From a virus (lineage: Duplodnaviria; Caudoviricetes): 32,025 nt of DNA. The notes under the pieces were generated by a model that did no database searches, was not told where the DNA came from, and was given only the letters and a program-made list of their open reading frames with translations. Positions 18,781-30,087 of the stretch are shown piece after piece; the stretch's first letter is position 1, and every line of letters begins with the position of its first letter. The stretch is taken from positions 1 to 32,025 of the IMG/VR virus record IMGVR_UViG_3300020316_000018. One strand, given 5' to 3'. The translations under genes were made by a program, and so were the position numbers.

Positions 18781-20392
18781 TGCGTTTAATTTTCCAGCAT
18801 CTCCTTCACTTAATGATACTCACACCGAAAATGGTGTTACTTTTAAGTGGAATGGAGTATTATGGAGAAGAGTAGGTGATCTCGGAGCACAGGGTGTCCA
18901 AGGTGCTACTGGTCCAACAGGTCCTCAAGGTGCTCAAGGTGCTCCTGGACCCACAGGTCCTCAAGGCGTTCAAGGTTCTCAAGGCGTACAGGGTACTCCA
19001 GGCGCTGGAGTTCCTGGGGTTCAAGGTTCTCAAGGTGTTCAGGGTGCTACGGGTGCTACTGGTCCTCAAGGTGTTCAGGGTGCTACGGGTGCCACTGGTC
19101 CAACGGGTCCTTCTGGTTCTGGTGGAGGTGGTAGTGGTTATTGGGTAGAAACGCACTACAAAAACAGTTCCAACCAATCTACAACGGGCATCCACACCAT
19201 GGGCAAGGTTGGTATTGGACTTACAGATCCCCGAAATGACTTCCAAGTAGGGTTTCTCGCAAGCAATAGTTTCGTCGTTCAGACAAACGCTGGTGGTCCA
19301 GAACCACCATTTGTTGGAATTGGCACTACTCTTCCATATGCCCATCTTCAAAATACGCACGCTTTGGATGTGCGCGGAGCTGTAGCAATTGGAACCCTTG
19401 CCCCTACTAGTGGTGGTCCTGGAGATTCTCTCATCTGTGATGGTCCGTCTTTCTTCGGTGGACTCCTCAAGGGAGGTGCTCTGAGCATGACGGATAGTGT
19501 CACAACTGACAATTTGACTGCAACGGGAAGTGCTGAACTCCGCGATCTAACGGTTACCAATAGAGTTATAGGATTTACACACTTTGCTAATAATATAGGA
19601 ATTGGCACTAACAACTTAAATATTCCAGTTGGTGCAGCAAATACACATGTTGTTGCCGCTGGTGTTGTAACTGCAAATTATTATTATGGTGATGGTTCTA
19701 ACCTAACCGGTATTGCAACCAATACAGGACCCCAAGGTGCTCAGGGTGCTCAGGGTGTCCAGGGTGCTCAAGGTGATGCTGGTGCTCAGGGTGTCCAGGG
19801 TGCTCAAGGTGATGCTGGTGCTCAAGGTGATGCTGGTGCTAATGGTCTTGATGGTTCCAATGGTCTTGATGGTTCTAATGGTCTTGATGGTTCTAATGGT
19901 CTTGATGGTTCCGATGGTCCTCAAGGACATCAGGGTGATACAGGTGCTACAGGACCTCAAGGTGCACAAGGTGTTCAAGGTGCTCAGGGTGGATTATCAA
20001 CATATGCAATCCCTCAGGGAGGAATTATCATTTGGTCTGGAGCATCTGATGCTATTCCATCAGGATGGGTTCTTTGTGACGGTCAGAATAGCACACCAGA
20101 CTTGAGGGGTAGATTTGTCGTCGGATATCATGATGGTGATGGAGATTATGATGTAGGTGACACTGGTGGTGCAGAGACAGTAACTCTTACTGAAGCACAG
20201 ATGCCCTCTCACAACCACACCACAACAGTTGACGGGACAAAATTATTCCCTGCTGCTGGTGGAACAACATTTAATTATGGTGGTGCTGGTTTATATCCAG
20301 GTACTGTGTTTAGTATGAGTGATGCTGGTAGTGATCAGGCACACGAAAATAGACCACCATATTATGCACTATGTTACATCATGAAGACCTAA
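18776..20392 (+). CDS. Collagen-like fibre protein 2 with NFP anchor and C-terminal collar/needle domain
   Basis: [14 protein letters not shown] start; two Gly-X-Y tracts; collar motif [25 protein letters not shown]; ends [16 protein letters not shown]. Confidence 0.85.
   Translation: MAAFNFPASPSLNDTHTENGVTFKWNGVLWRRVGDLGAQGVQGATGPTGPQGAQGAPGPTGPQGVQGSQGVQGTPGAGVPGVQGSQGVQGATGATGPQGVQGATGATGPTGPSGSGGGGSGYWVETHYKNSSNQSTTGIHTMGKVGIGLTDPRNDFQVGFLASNSFVVQTNAGGPEPPFVGIGTTLPYAHLQNTHALDVRGAVAIGTLAPTSGGPGDSLICDGPSFFGGLLKGGALSMTDSVTTDNLTATGSAELRDLTVTNRVIGFTHFANNIGIGTNNLNIPVGAANTHVVAAGVVTANYYYGDGSNLTGIATNTGPQGAQGAQGVQGAQGDAGAQGVQGAQGDAGAQGDAGANGLDGSNGLDGSNGLDGSNGLDGSDGPQGHQGDTGATGPQGAQGVQGAQGGLSTYAIPQGGIIIWSGASDAIPSGWVLCDGQNSTPDLRGRFVVGYHDGDGDYDVGDTGGAETVTLTEAQMPSHNHTTTVDGTKLFPAAGGTTFNYGGAGLYPGTVFSMSDAGSDQAHENRPPYYALCYIMKT
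19841..19912 (+). repeat. 18-bp tandem repeat x4 (aatggtcttgatggttc[c/t], NGLDGS)
   Basis: Read directly from the sequence. Confidence 0.9.
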
Positions 20393-20417
20393 ATAATCAA
20401 AAAGCGTAGATAATGGC
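20390..20417 (+). promoter_or_regulatory. Cassette junction 2
   Basis: taaataatcaaaaagcgtagataATGgc; the promoter core overlaps the upstream stop codon. Confidence 0.8.
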
Positions 20418-21663
20418 AGCTCTTAATTTTCCTGCAAGTCCTAGTAATGGTGACACTTATTCCGCTAATGGAATGTCGTTCACTTATAATGGGACTGCTT
20501 GGACTAGAGAAGGTGATCCTGGAGCACAAGGTGCACAGGGCGTACAAGGTGATACTGGTGCCACTGGTCCTACAGGTTCTACTGGACCCACTGGTCCAAC
20601 AGGATCTCAAGGCGTTCAGGGTGCACAGGGTGTTCAGGGCGCTGGTGGATCTACAGGTGGTGCTGGTTCCCAAGGTGCTCAAGGCGTTCAGGGTGCTACT
20701 GGTTCTACCGGACCTCAAGGTGTTCAGGGTGCTACTGGTCCTGATGGTGGAAATGCAGGAACTCTCGATAACTTGGATAGTACTCAGTTCCTTCGTAGTG
20801 ATGTCGCTGATGATAAAACCGATGGACGACTAAGGTTCTCCAACAATGTCAATGCAGAATTTGGTGACAATAGTGGATTGACCATTTATGCCAATGCCAG
20901 TAATTCCTATATCACAAACTCCAATGGCACTCTGTATATCGGCAACTCGGACGACGACGAAGACATCATTCTTCAAACTGACAATGGATCTGGCGGCATT
21001 AGTAATTACCTCAAGTGCGATGGTAGTGCAGGAGCTGTTAGGCTTTACAACTATGGATCCGAAAAACTCACTACATTTTCTAGCGGCGTAGACATCAGTG
21101 GTGAGTTGCAATGTGATAGCTTGGATGTTGATGGCAGTTCTGCTTTTAGCGGTAATCTGAATTTAGACGATAGTGTCAGATTGCGTTGCGGTACTCATGC
21201 TGATTTAGATATTTACCACGACGGCAGCAATTCATATATTGATCACGATGGTGCTGGTGACTTTATTATTAGAACTGAAAGTAGTGGTGAAAACCTATAC
21301 ATAAAAGCAGCAGCAAACCTAATTCTTAGGACTGCTGGCGATGAAAATGCAGTTTATTGCTCTGCCGACGGTAGTGTGCAGTTGATGTATGATAACAGTT
21401 CTAAACTGGTCACTAAATCTGATGGTGTTGAAATAACTGGACGTTGCTATCCTGATGCTGATGCGACTTACGATTTAGGTGCGTCTGGTAAACGATGGAA
21501 TAATATCTATACCAATGACCTTCAACTTTCTAACGAAGGTGGTGCTAATGAGGTAGATGGAACTTGGGGTGTCTGGACTATTCAAGAGGGTGAGGATGAT
21601 TTGTTCCTCCTAAATAGGAGAAACGGTAAAAAATATAAGTTCAACCTGACGGAGGTTAACTAA
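20413..21663 (+). CDS. Collagen-like fibre protein 3 with beta-repeat shaft
   Basis: NFP anchor; Gly-X-Y; [13 protein letters not shown]; two [17 protein letters not shown] repeats; C-terminal [38 protein letters not shown]. Confidence 0.8.
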   Translation: MAALNFPASPSNGDTYSANGMSFTYNGTAWTREGDPGAQGAQGVQGDTGATGPTGSTGPTGPTGSQGVQGAQGVQGAGGSTGGAGSQGAQGVQGATGSTGPQGVQGATGPDGGNAGTLDNLDSTQFLRSDVADDKTDGRLRFSNNVNAEFGDNSGLTIYANASNSYITNSNGTLYIGNSDDDEDIILQTDNGSGGISNYLKCDGSAGAVRLYNYGSEKLTTFSSGVDISGELQCDSLDVDGSSAFSGNLNLDDSVRLRCGTHADLDIYHDGSNSYIDHDGAGDFIIRTESSGENLYIKAAANLILRTAGDENAVYCSADGSVQLMYDNSSKLVTKSDGVEITGRCYPDADATYDLGASGKRWNNIYTNDLQLSNEGGANEVDGTWGVWTIQEGEDDLFLLNRRNGKKYKFNLTEVN

Positions 21664-21665
21664 TT

Positions 21666-22187
21666 ATGCCAATAGTATTTCCAAACGAAACGCAAGACGA
21701 AGCTGCAAGGATTTTGCAGGTCAAACAAGTTATTGCTGATGGCGAGTTCAGCACTACATCAACCAGTTTTGTAAATACCAGCTTATTTACTTTATCGTTT
21801 GACAATACTCTTAAATCAGGCAGCAAAGTTCTCGCAAGTATAGAACTTTCTTATGGAGAATCCTATTCAACTTATTGGGCGCAACCTCATTATTTTACCC
21901 TTTATCAAGGCACATCCACCACACTTGGAAGCAACATTGCTAGTTCAACTAGGGGAATGGTCGGCGGCAATGCTATTGCTAACGCTTACGACAGTGCTAA
22001 TCAGTACGACATAGACAGGATTAGTGCATCTAACTTGCATACTCCAACCAATACAGATCCTCATTATCGTTTATATGTGCGAACAATTAGTAATACTAGA
22101 ACTTTATATGTGGGCAGTGCTGCTAACTCTAACTCCAACTACGACGTTGGAAGGACCATCTGCACCATTATGGAGGTTTGCGACTAA
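21666..22187 (+). CDS. Small fibre-associated (tip/adhesin-like) protein
   Basis: ILQVKQ...SKVL...TIMEV framework shared with 30916..31461; lies between a fibre gene and a chaperone gene. Confidence 0.5.
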   Translation: MPIVFPNETQDEAARILQVKQVIADGEFSTTSTSFVNTSLFTLSFDNTLKSGSKVLASIELSYGESYSTYWAQPHYFTLYQGTSTTLGSNIASSTRGMVGGNAIANAYDSANQYDIDRISASNLHTPTNTDPHYRLYVRTISNTRTLYVGSAANSNSNYDVGRTICTIMEVCD

Positions 22188-22519
22188 TGAATTTTAAGGC
22201 ATTTGCATTATCTAATTTGTCCCCTGGTTCTGAATGGTCAGTTATGCCAGACGGCACTGTCGAGTGGCACAACGTTGTTGGCACAAAACCAACGGACGAT
22301 GAAATTCAAACAGAAGTAGATCGTCTGATTGCCGACGCTCCTTGGGCAGATCTACGCGCCCTACGCACTCGCAGGCTTGCTGAAACTGACTGGACACAAG
22401 GTGCTGATGTTCCTGTTGGAATAAAAACAACATATCAATCATATCGTCAGGCACTCCGCGACTTACCTGCCAATACTAGTGATCCTGCTAACCCAGTCTG
22501 GCCAACGAAACCTTCATAA
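22187..22519 (+). CDS. Tail fibre assembly chaperone (start probably ATG 22187, TAATG-coupled)
   Basis: LRALRTRRLAETDW...YRQALRDLP...WPTKP. Confidence 0.8.
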   Translation: MNFKAFALSNLSPGSEWSVMPDGTVEWHNVVGTKPTDDEIQTEVDRLIADAPWADLRALRTRRLAETDWTQGADVPVGIKTTYQSYRQALRDLPANTSDPANPVWPTKPS

Positions 22520-22543
22520 ATACTCAAAAAGATAGATAATGGC
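22517..22543 (+). promoter_or_regulatory. Cassette junction 3
   Basis: taaatactcaaaaagatagataATGgc. Confidence 0.8.
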
Positions 22544-25397
22544 GCTAAATTTTCCCAATAGTCCCAGTCTTAACGATATCCATAATGAAAATGGAACTAG
22601 ATGGCAGTGGGATGGATCTTCTTGGGTCCGTGTAGTTAGCGCCGGAAATCAGGGTTTCCAAGGTGCCACTGGAGCACAAGGCGTTCAGGGTGCTCAAGGT
22701 GTTCAAGGTGCCACTGGTGCAGGATCTCCTGGTGGAACAGGTCCTCAGGGTGCTACAGGTTCTACTGGACCAACCGGTCCTCAAGGTTCACAGGGGGTTC
22801 AAGGTGCTCAAGGGGTTCAAGGTGCCACTGGTGCTCAGGGTGCCACTGGAGCGACTGGTCCTACCGGACCTCAGGGTAATCAGGGTGTTCAAGGTGCCAC
22901 TGGATCAGCTTCAAATGTAGCTGGACCTCAAGGTGCTCAAGGTGTTCAAGGTGCTCAAGGTGCCTCTGGTGCAACTGTAGGAGGATCTGCTAATCAAGTC
23001 GTATTTAAGAACTCATCTAATGTAACTTCTGGTTCTGCAAATCTAACTTTTGATGGCACCAACTTAACTGTTGGTGGTAATGTTTCTATTGGTGGAACTC
23101 TTACTTATGAAGACGTAACCAATGTTGACTCTCTTGGTATTGCGACTGCTAGGATAGGACTTAAAGTTCTTGCTGGTGGTATTAACGCTGTTGGTGTAGT
23201 CACTGCAACAGGTGGTTTCAATCTTGGAATTAGTTCTGCTGGAACTAGTGTTGTCAGTGGTCCAGTAAAGACTTTAAATTTTGTAGGATCTGGTAATACG
23301 TTTGCCTATAATGCTTCTACTGATACTGTTGATGTCAGTATTGCTGGTGGTGGCGGAGCATCAGTAACTGTTTCTGATGGTGCTCCTTCAAGTCCTTCTG
23401 ATGGAGACCTTTGGTTTGAAAGTGATACAGCAGACCTGAAAGTTTATTATAATGATGGAAGTAGTGCTCAGTGGGTTTCTGCTAGTGGTGGTGATAGTGC
23501 AGTAATTACGTCTACGAGTGAACCATCTAACGCACAAGACGGTGACTTGTGGTATGACTCTGAGAATGGAAGCCTGTTTGTTTACTATGATGATGGAGAT
23601 GGTGCGGCACAATGGGTAGCTGCTAACAATGCAGGACCACAAGGTACTCAAGGTGTTCAAGGTGCTACAGGTTCTACCGGTCCCACCGGACCTCAAGGAG
23701 TTCAGGGTGCCCAGGGTGTCCAGGGTGCTGGTGGATCTACAGGTCCTACTGGACCTCAAGGAGTTCAGGGTGCATCAGGACCAAATACAATTGATGATTT
23801 CATAGTTCACAACGGAGATACAGATACTAAATTTGGATTTACTGCTGCTGATACATTTACAGTAGAAACTGCTGGTAGTGAGAGATTTCGTATATCTTCT
23901 AATGGTCGGGTGGGTATTAACAGTATTAGTCCTGCAACAGCCCTGGATATTCAATCCACTAAAAGTAGTGATGGTTTAACAGTTACCAAAGCAGGAACAC
24001 GATCTGCTTTCTTAGGACATAATGGTAGTGGAAATGAAGGTCTTCTCACTCTAAAAGAAGGTGGCACTACCAATATTCAACTTTATGCAGAAACTAATCA
24101 AGATTCGTATATTAATTCTGGTGATTTCGGTATCGGGACTAATAGTCCATCAACTAAATTAGACGTTCGACCTACTGCAGAGGACCCAACAACTGGATCT
24201 CCTTCTGCAGGAGCTTTCTCACAGATAAGAGCAGATGATGCAACGGTTGGAAATGGACCAAGTTTGGCCCTGATGAACCTTAGTGGTAGTAAGGAAACTG
24301 GTTGGAGACTTTCTGCGCTCACAGCAAGCGGTAATAATGGAGATTTTACTATTCATGGATATGGAGGTGGTGCCACTTATTCGGAAAGACTTCGTATAAC
24401 TGCTGCTGGACAAACAACTTTTGATAAAGGTGCTCCTAATAGTGCAAACCAAGTAATCGCTAGATTCCAAGCAGAGTCATCTAGACGATTGGATATTGTT
24501 TGGCATGACTCTGGATCATTACTGGGATTCGATTTACCAGGCAGTCATTCTTATATCTTCAAATGTGCTGGATCAGAAAAACTTCGTTTAACTTCTGCCG
24601 GTCTCATGGGACTGGGAACCTCAAGCCCTGGTTCATACATCGGTGGTGGTGAGAATTTAGTTATTGCAGGATCAGGTGATGCTGGAATGACTATTGCAAC
24701 GGGAACGTCAAACACCGGAACAATAAACTTTGCAGATGGCACGTCTGGAGATGCACGCTATAGAGGAAGGTTTGAATACAGTCATTCGCTAGATGCGCTT
24801 GATATTATCACGGCTGCCACGACGCGGATGCGTATTGCTAGCAACGGTGAGCAACGGTATTTTGGAACAAATGCGACAAGTATCAACATAGCAAATACCG
24901 CAAGTGCTGGTAATCAATATGAGTTTTTGTATTGTCAACATTCTTCAACAGGTCTTGCTAATGGCACAAATTCTTTCAGAGTAGCTACTGATGGCGACGT
25001 ATTCAATACCAATAACTCTTATGGATCTCTCTCAGACCAAAGACTAAAAGAAAACATTGTTGACGCCACTTCACAGTGGGACGACATCAAAGGGTTGCAG
25101 GTTCGTAAGTATAACTTTAGAGAGGCCACTGGACACGAAACACATACGCAGCTTGGTTTGATCGCGCAGGAAGTCGAAAGCGTATCTCCTGGGCTAGTTG
25201 AAACGTCTGCTGTTAGAGAAGGTGAAACGGTCCTAGACGCAGATGGAAACCAACTGGAGTCCATCAAATCAATCAATTATTCTGTCCTCTACATGAAAGC
25301 CGTTAAGGCTTTGCAGGAAGCACAGACTAGAATTGAAACGCTTGAAACACAGAACGCCGATTTGTTGGCGCGTGTGACCGCTCTTGAAGGTTCATAA
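22539..25397 (+). CDS. Collagen-like fibre protein 4 with two GDLW knobs, ERxRI repeats and C-terminal peptidase S74 intramolecular chaperone
   Basis: NFP anchor; [29 protein letters not shown] plus terminal coiled coil. Confidence 0.85.
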   Translation: MALNFPNSPSLNDIHNENGTRWQWDGSSWVRVVSAGNQGFQGATGAQGVQGAQGVQGATGAGSPGGTGPQGATGSTGPTGPQGSQGVQGAQGVQGATGAQGATGATGPTGPQGNQGVQGATGSASNVAGPQGAQGVQGAQGASGATVGGSANQVVFKNSSNVTSGSANLTFDGTNLTVGGNVSIGGTLTYEDVTNVDSLGIATARIGLKVLAGGINAVGVVTATGGFNLGISSAGTSVVSGPVKTLNFVGSGNTFAYNASTDTVDVSIAGGGGASVTVSDGAPSSPSDGDLWFESDTADLKVYYNDGSSAQWVSASGGDSAVITSTSEPSNAQDGDLWYDSENGSLFVYYDDGDGAAQWVAANNAGPQGTQGVQGATGSTGPTGPQGVQGAQGVQGAGGSTGPTGPQGVQGASGPNTIDDFIVHNGDTDTKFGFTAADTFTVETAGSERFRISSNGRVGINSISPATALDIQSTKSSDGLTVTKAGTRSAFLGHNGSGNEGLLTLKEGGTTNIQLYAETNQDSYINSGDFGIGTNSPSTKLDVRPTAEDPTTGSPSAGAFSQIRADDATVGNGPSLALMNLSGSKETGWRLSALTASGNNGDFTIHGYGGGATYSERLRITAAGQTTFDKGAPNSANQVIARFQAESSRRLDIVWHDSGSLLGFDLPGSHSYIFKCAGSEKLRLTSAGLMGLGTSSPGSYIGGGENLVIAGSGDAGMTIATGTSNTGTINFADGTSGDARYRGRFEYSHSLDALDIITAATTRMRIASNGEQRYFGTNATSINIANTASAGNQYEFLYCQHSSTGLANGTNSFRVATDGDVFNTNNSYGSLSDQRLKENIVDATSQWDDIKGLQVRKYNFREATGHETHTQLGLIAQEVESVSPGLVETSAVREGETVLDADGNQLESIKSINYSVLYMKAVKALQEAQTRIETLETQNADLLARVTALEGS

Positions 25398-25422
25398 ATA
25401 GTCAAAAAATGTAGATAATGGC
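25395..25422 (+). promoter_or_regulatory. Cassette junction 4
   Basis: taaatagtcaaaaaatgtagataATGgc. Confidence 0.8.
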
Positions 25423-26875
25423 AATTAATTTCCCAGATAGTCCATCTACTAACGACACTTACGTTGCTGCCGGATCAAGGTGGTTGTGGAACGGAACTGC
25501 TTGGGTAAGACAAGGCACACCAGGAACTCAAGGCGTCCAGGGTGCCTCAGGACCTACAGGTCCTACTGGACCTCAAGGTAATCAGGGTGCCACTGGTGTA
25601 ACAGGTCCTACTGGACCTCAAGGTAATCAAGGTGTTCAGGGCGCTGGTGGATCTACAGGTGGTACTGGTCCTACGGGTCCTCAAGGAAATCAAGGCGTTC
25701 AAGGTGCTTCTGGTATTGACGCTTATGGTATTACATACAACTTTGATAGTTCCACAACTGCAGCTAATCCAGGAACTGGAGATTTCAGATTTAGTATTGA
25801 CTGGACAACAGGATCGTCAGGAAGTTCTTACAGTGCTTATGTAAGTGAAACTGATAATTCTTCCACTGGAATCGGACCACTTCTTGACACTTTAACCGAT
25901 TCTTCAAATACTAATAAAGCACTAGTTGTTCTTTATAAAAAAAGTACTCCAACAGTAAATGCTAAGTTTTATGTAACTGGGCAGACTGATAATGGTTCTT
26001 GGAGAACTTTAGATATTGATTACGTTGATAGAGATAACTGGGCAAGTATCAGTAATGGTGATGAAGTCTTTATGACTGTCTCCATTATTGGTGATGCTGG
26101 TTCTACCGGTCCTCAAGGTAATCAAGGTGTCCAAGGTGCTACAGGTTCTACAGGTCCCACTGGACCTACTGGACCTCAAGGTAATCAAGGTGTCCAAGGT
26201 GCTGATGGTGCTTTAGGTCCTGATGGTCCTCAAGGATTCCAAGGTGATACTGGTGCTGATGGTCTTGACGGTCCCCAAGGATTCCAAGGTGATACTGGTG
26301 CTGATGGTCTTGATGGTTCTACCGGTCCAACAGGACCTACAGGACCTACAGGACCAACAGGTCCTCAAGGAGTGCAAGGCTCTACGGGTTCCGGTGGTCC
26401 AACAGGACCAACAGGACCAACAGGACCAACAGGACCAACAGGTCCTCAAGGAGTGCAAGGCTCTACGGGTTCCGGTGGTCCAACAGGACCAACAGGACCA
26501 ACAGGTTCTACAGGACCAACAGGTCCTCAAGGTTCAAGTGGTCCAACCGATCAGATTGCAAAAGCATGGGTGAACTTTCAAGGCACTGGCACTGTCAGCA
26601 TTAGAGATGACTATAACGTCAGCTCAATTGGTGATAATGGCACTGGATATTACACAGTTAATTTCTCAAGTGGTATGGGAAATACTAATTATTGTGTTGT
26701 GATAGGTGGTTACAACGCACATGATGGTCAAGGTGGTTGGAATACGGTGAGTCCTCAAGGTAGTGGAAGTTATCCCAGCGGAGTATCTTCAGGAAATTTC
26801 AAAATGGGATGTTATCGGAGTAACGATGGTGCTACCCTGGATCAAAAAGCTGTATATGTTGCTGTGTTCTCTTGA
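25418..26875 (+). CDS. Collagen-like fibre protein 5 with C-terminal AKAWVNF domain
   Basis: NFP anchor; GPT-rich tracts; [33 protein letters not shown]. Confidence 0.85.
   Translation: MAINFPDSPSTNDTYVAAGSRWLWNGTAWVRQGTPGTQGVQGASGPTGPTGPQGNQGATGVTGPTGPQGNQGVQGAGGSTGGTGPTGPQGNQGVQGASGIDAYGITYNFDSSTTAANPGTGDFRFSIDWTTGSSGSSYSAYVSETDNSSTGIGPLLDTLTDSSNTNKALVVLYKKSTPTVNAKFYVTGQTDNGSWRTLDIDYVDRDNWASISNGDEVFMTVSIIGDAGSTGPQGNQGVQGATGSTGPTGPTGPQGNQGVQGADGALGPDGPQGFQGDTGADGLDGPQGFQGDTGADGLDGSTGPTGPTGPTGPTGPQGVQGSTGSGGPTGPTGPTGPTGPTGPQGVQGSTGSGGPTGPTGPTGSTGPTGPQGSSGPTDQIAKAWVNFQGTGTVSIRDDYNVSSIGDNGTGYYTVNFSSGMGNTNYCVVIGGYNAHDGQGGWNTVSPQGSGSYPSGVSSGNFKMGCYRSNDGATLDQKAVYVAVFS
26325..26535 (+). repeat. 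GPT 9-bp microrepeats nested in an 81-bp duplication
   Basis: gtcctcaaggagtgcaaggctctacgggttccggtggtccaacagg at 26361 and 26442; runs of acaggacca. Confidence 0.9.
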
Positions 26876-26890
26876 TTAATCAAACCCTAA

Positions 26891-26918
26891 TAAATATTCA
26901 AAAAGTGTAGATAATGGC
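26891..26918 (+). promoter_or_regulatory. Cassette junction 5
   Basis: taaatattcaaaaagtgtagataATGgc. Confidence 0.8.
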
Positions 26919-29556
26919 GGCGCTAAATTTTCCAAACAGTCCATCACTAAATGATTTTTACGTAGCTAACGGTCGCAGATGGCAATGGAATGGGTCTGCT
27001 TGGCAAAGAATACCTGATCCTGGTGCTCAAGGGGTACAAGGTGCACAAGGTGTTCAAGGTGCCACAGGAACTGGCGCTCAAGGAAATCAGGGAGTACAAG
27101 GTGCTCAGGGTGTGCAAGGTGCACAAGGTGTCCAGGGTGCTACTGGAGCAGCTTCAAATGTAGCAGGTCCTCAAGGTGTTCAAGGAGCTACAGGCACTAC
27201 TGGTCCCACTGGTCCCACTGGTCCAACGGGACCACAAGGTGTTCAAGGTTCTACTGGAAATTCCGGAGCACAAGGTGTTCAAGGTGCCGCTGGACCATCA
27301 GGACCCACAGGTCCTCAAGGTGCCCAAGGTGCTCAAGGACATCAAGGTGTTCAGGGTGCTTCAGGTTCTGGTGGTGCTACAGGTTCCACAGGTCCTCAAG
27401 GTGTTCAGGGTGCCCAAGGTGTTCAGGGTGCTTCAGGTTCTAGTGGACCATCGGGACCCACGGGTCCTCAAGGTAGTGACGGTGCTAATGGATCTGCAGG
27501 TCCTACAGGACCTCAAGGTGTTCAAGGTGCTCAAGGAACTTCTTTCAGCAGATCTGAATCCAATTTTACTGCCACTGCAAACCAAACCACATTTACAGTA
27601 TCTGGTGGATATACAAATGGTGATGATGTAGATGTATTTGTAAACGGTGTTCGTTTAACACCAGCAGAATACACTGCATCTAATGGAAGCACAGTTGTAT
27701 TAGACACTGGTGCTAGTGTAGGGGATATTGTAGACATTCTTTACTTTGAATCTGCAGGACCACAAGGTGCTCAAGGTGCAACAGGTGGCACAGGACCACA
27801 AGGTGTTCAAGGTGCGGCTGGTGCTACAGGATCTACAGGTAATCAAGGTGTTCAGGGTGCACAAGGCGTTCAAGGTGCCACTGGTTCTACAGGACCTCAA
27901 GGAAATCAAGGTGTTCAGGGTGCTACTGGTGCTGGTGGACCTGGCGGTTCAACCGGTCCTCAAGGTGCTCAAGGAGCTACGGGTGCCACAGGACCTACAG
28001 GTCCTCAAGGAAATCAAGGTGTCCAAGGTGCTGAAGGAAACTTTGGTGGAGCTACGTTTTACTATACTTTTGAATCTAATACTACAAATGCAAATCCTGG
28101 TGCGGGAGATATTAGATTAGATAACTCTACTCAGAATGCAGCGACAGGTATCTACATTTGCGATACTGATGAAAACGGTAATGACATTTCATCCTATCTG
28201 CAGACTATTGATGACTCCACGAGCACTATCAAGGGTCATGTCAAGATTTCAAATAAAACAGACGCAAGTCAATTCATTTTATTCACAATTTCCAGTCTGA
28301 CTGATAACACTGGTTATTTTGATATTACAGTAAGTCCTGTTGATTCGTCGGCAACTAGTCCTTTCAGTGCTAACGAAGACATTATAATTACTTTCGCCAG
28401 AACTGGAGACAAAGGCGATACTGGTTCTACTGGACCTCAAGGTGCTCAGGGTCGTCAGGGTTCCCAGGGTGTCCAAGGTGCTGATGGATCTACAGGTCCA
28501 ACTGGACCTCAAGGTAATCAAGGTAATCAAGGTGTCCAAGGTGCTACTGGTGCTGGTGGACCTGGCGGTTCAACAGGACCCACAGGACCTCAAGGTGCTC
28601 AAGGCGTTCAAGGTGCTACCGGATCTACTGGAAGTACGGGACCCACGGGTCCTCAAGGTGATGATGGTGCTACCGGTCCAACAGGGCCACAAGGTGTTCA
28701 GGGTGCCTCAGGTAATACTGGTCCTACAGGTGGTACAGGACCACAAGGTGCTCAGGGTCGTCAGGGTGCTCAAGGCGATACTGGTGCTACCGGTCCAACA
28801 GGACCTACTGGATCACAAGGTGTTCAGGGTGCTACTGGTGCTGGTGGACCTGGAGGTTCAACAGGACCCACAGGACCTCAAGGTGCTCAGGGTGTACAAG
28901 GTGCTCAAGGTGATGACGGTCTTACTGGTCCTACGGGTAACACAGGACCAACAGGTCCTCAAGGTGATGATGGTCTCACAGGTCCCACAGGTCCTCAAGG
29001 TGCTGATGGTCTCACAGGTCCTACAGGTCCTCAAGGTGTTCAAGGTGCTGATGGTCTCACAGGTCCTACAGGTCCTCAGGGTGATGCTGGAGCAAATGGT
29101 CTTGATGGTTCTACAGGATCTACAGGACCCACAGGTCCTCAAGGTGACACAGGCGCTGCTGGACCACAAGGCGTTCAAGGTGCTCAGGGTTTAGATGGTG
29201 GTAGTGTAACAATCTCTACTTCTGCTCCTGGAAGTGCATCTAGTGGTGATCTTTGGTGGAATAGTGAGAATGGTAAGTTATATGTTTACTATGCTGATGG
29301 CAATACAAATCAGTGGGTTGTTTCAAATAACCAAGGTCCAATAGGTCCTACAGGTCCTCAGGGTGCCTCTGGTGCTACAAACCCACCAAGTGGAACTAAC
29401 ATTCAGTTGACAGATGGTTTCTATACTAATGATCAGGCGCTAAACTCAAATAAAACTTTATCTGGTTCACTCAACGGAGGAGTATTTGGACCTTATGAGA
29501 TTGCGTCAGGGGTAACACTTACTATTTCTAGTGGTGCAACATTTACTGTTCTGTGA
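26914..29556 (+). CDS. Collagen-like fibre protein 6 (three long Gly-X-Y tracts separated by globular domains)
   Basis: NFP anchor; [18 protein letters not shown] domain; NPGAGDIRL domain; GDLWW knob; ends [22 protein letters not shown]. Confidence 0.85.
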   Translation: MAALNFPNSPSLNDFYVANGRRWQWNGSAWQRIPDPGAQGVQGAQGVQGATGTGAQGNQGVQGAQGVQGAQGVQGATGAASNVAGPQGVQGATGTTGPTGPTGPTGPQGVQGSTGNSGAQGVQGAAGPSGPTGPQGAQGAQGHQGVQGASGSGGATGSTGPQGVQGAQGVQGASGSSGPSGPTGPQGSDGANGSAGPTGPQGVQGAQGTSFSRSESNFTATANQTTFTVSGGYTNGDDVDVFVNGVRLTPAEYTASNGSTVVLDTGASVGDIVDILYFESAGPQGAQGATGGTGPQGVQGAAGATGSTGNQGVQGAQGVQGATGSTGPQGNQGVQGATGAGGPGGSTGPQGAQGATGATGPTGPQGNQGVQGAEGNFGGATFYYTFESNTTNANPGAGDIRLDNSTQNAATGIYICDTDENGNDISSYLQTIDDSTSTIKGHVKISNKTDASQFILFTISSLTDNTGYFDITVSPVDSSATSPFSANEDIIITFARTGDKGDTGSTGPQGAQGRQGSQGVQGADGSTGPTGPQGNQGNQGVQGATGAGGPGGSTGPTGPQGAQGVQGATGSTGSTGPTGPQGDDGATGPTGPQGVQGASGNTGPTGGTGPQGAQGRQGAQGDTGATGPTGPTGSQGVQGATGAGGPGGSTGPTGPQGAQGVQGAQGDDGLTGPTGNTGPTGPQGDDGLTGPTGPQGADGLTGPTGPQGVQGADGLTGPTGPQGDAGANGLDGSTGSTGPTGPQGDTGAAGPQGVQGAQGLDGGSVTISTSAPGSASSGDLWWNSENGKLYVYYADGNTNQWVVSNNQGPIGPTGPQGASGATNPPSGTNIQLTDGFYTNDQALNSNKTLSGSLNGGVFGPYEIASGVTLTISSGATFTVL

Positions 29557-29558
29557 CA

Positions 29559-29566
29559 TATAAATA
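29559..29566 (+). promoter_or_regulatory. T4 late promoter, perfect TATAAATA
   Basis: Exact consensus about 30 nt upstream of ATG 29597. Confidence 0.85.
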
Positions 29567-29596
29567 ATCTCAAGTCGTTCAAATCAAAAAAACATT

Positions 29597-29806
29597 ATGG
29601 CTGGTGTAGACGGAGTTTACAACAAGAGGATAATTTATGATAATGGTGAGGGTGGAGTATCTATCATTGTACCTTCAACACATTGTCCCTCACTTGATAG
29701 ATTAGCTCAGGATGTCCCTGCAGGTAGAGCATATCAAATTATTGATGTGAGTGAAGTTCCTAGTGATAGAACTTTTAGAAACGCTTGGATTTACGAGGAG
29801 GATTGA
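29597..29806 (+). CDS. Small fibre-associated protein (possible chaperone N-terminal part)
   Basis: KRIIY..GGVSIIVP..DVP.G..Y.I.D..EVPSDRTFRNAW; first gene after the late promoter. Confidence 0.55.
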   Translation: MAGVDGVYNKRIIYDNGEGGVSIIVPSTHCPSLDRLAQDVPAGRAYQIIDVSEVPSDRTFRNAWIYEED

Positions 29807-29808
29807 TC

Positions 29809-30084
29809 ATGGCACATATTGGAATTAATACGGCAAAAGCAAGAGAAATTCATAAAGAGCACATTCGTGAAAAGAGAAATCCTCTTTTAGCAGCACAAGA
29901 CGTTGCTTTTCAAAGAGCTCAAGAAGAAGGAGCAAGCACTGTAGGTATTGTTTCTACCAAGCAAGCACTTCGTGATGCTACTGATCTTGCTAATATCACT
30001 ATTGACACTGTAGGTGTTACTAGTGTTACCAATCAACTTAAAGCATCTTGGGACACGAGTCTTCTGGGAGATAATCCTTGGTAA
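29809..30084 (+). CDS. Chaperone-like small protein (start probably ATG 29809)
   Basis: GAGGAGG SD before ATG 29809; IREKRNPLL..KQALRD resembles the RQALRD chaperone motif. Confidence 0.6.
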   Translation: MAHIGINTAKAREIHKEHIREKRNPLLAAQDVAFQRAQEEGASTVGIVSTKQALRDATDLANITIDTVGVTSVTNQLKASWDTSLLGDNPW

Positions 30085-30087
30085 TTT

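Noticed and set aside
18700-20392. Duplicated fibre C-termini as a DGR template/variable pair
   Set aside because: Differences are synonymous and not adenine-specific, both copies are coding, and no reverse transcriptase is present.
22178-22186. ORF-track TTG starts at 22178 and 29785
   Set aside because: ATG 22187 (TAATG coupling) and ATG 29809 (GAGGAGG SD) are better supported.
26872-26883. Perfect palindrome TTGATTAATCAA after fibre 5
   Set aside because: Single AT-rich copy, no loop or U-tract, absent from the other junctions.
17585-29194. Long alternative-frame and antisense ORFs (VLKVLK.., STLDTL..) over the collagen tracts
   Set aside because: Shadows of Gly-X-Y codon periodicity, which lacks stops in other frames; no independent start signals.
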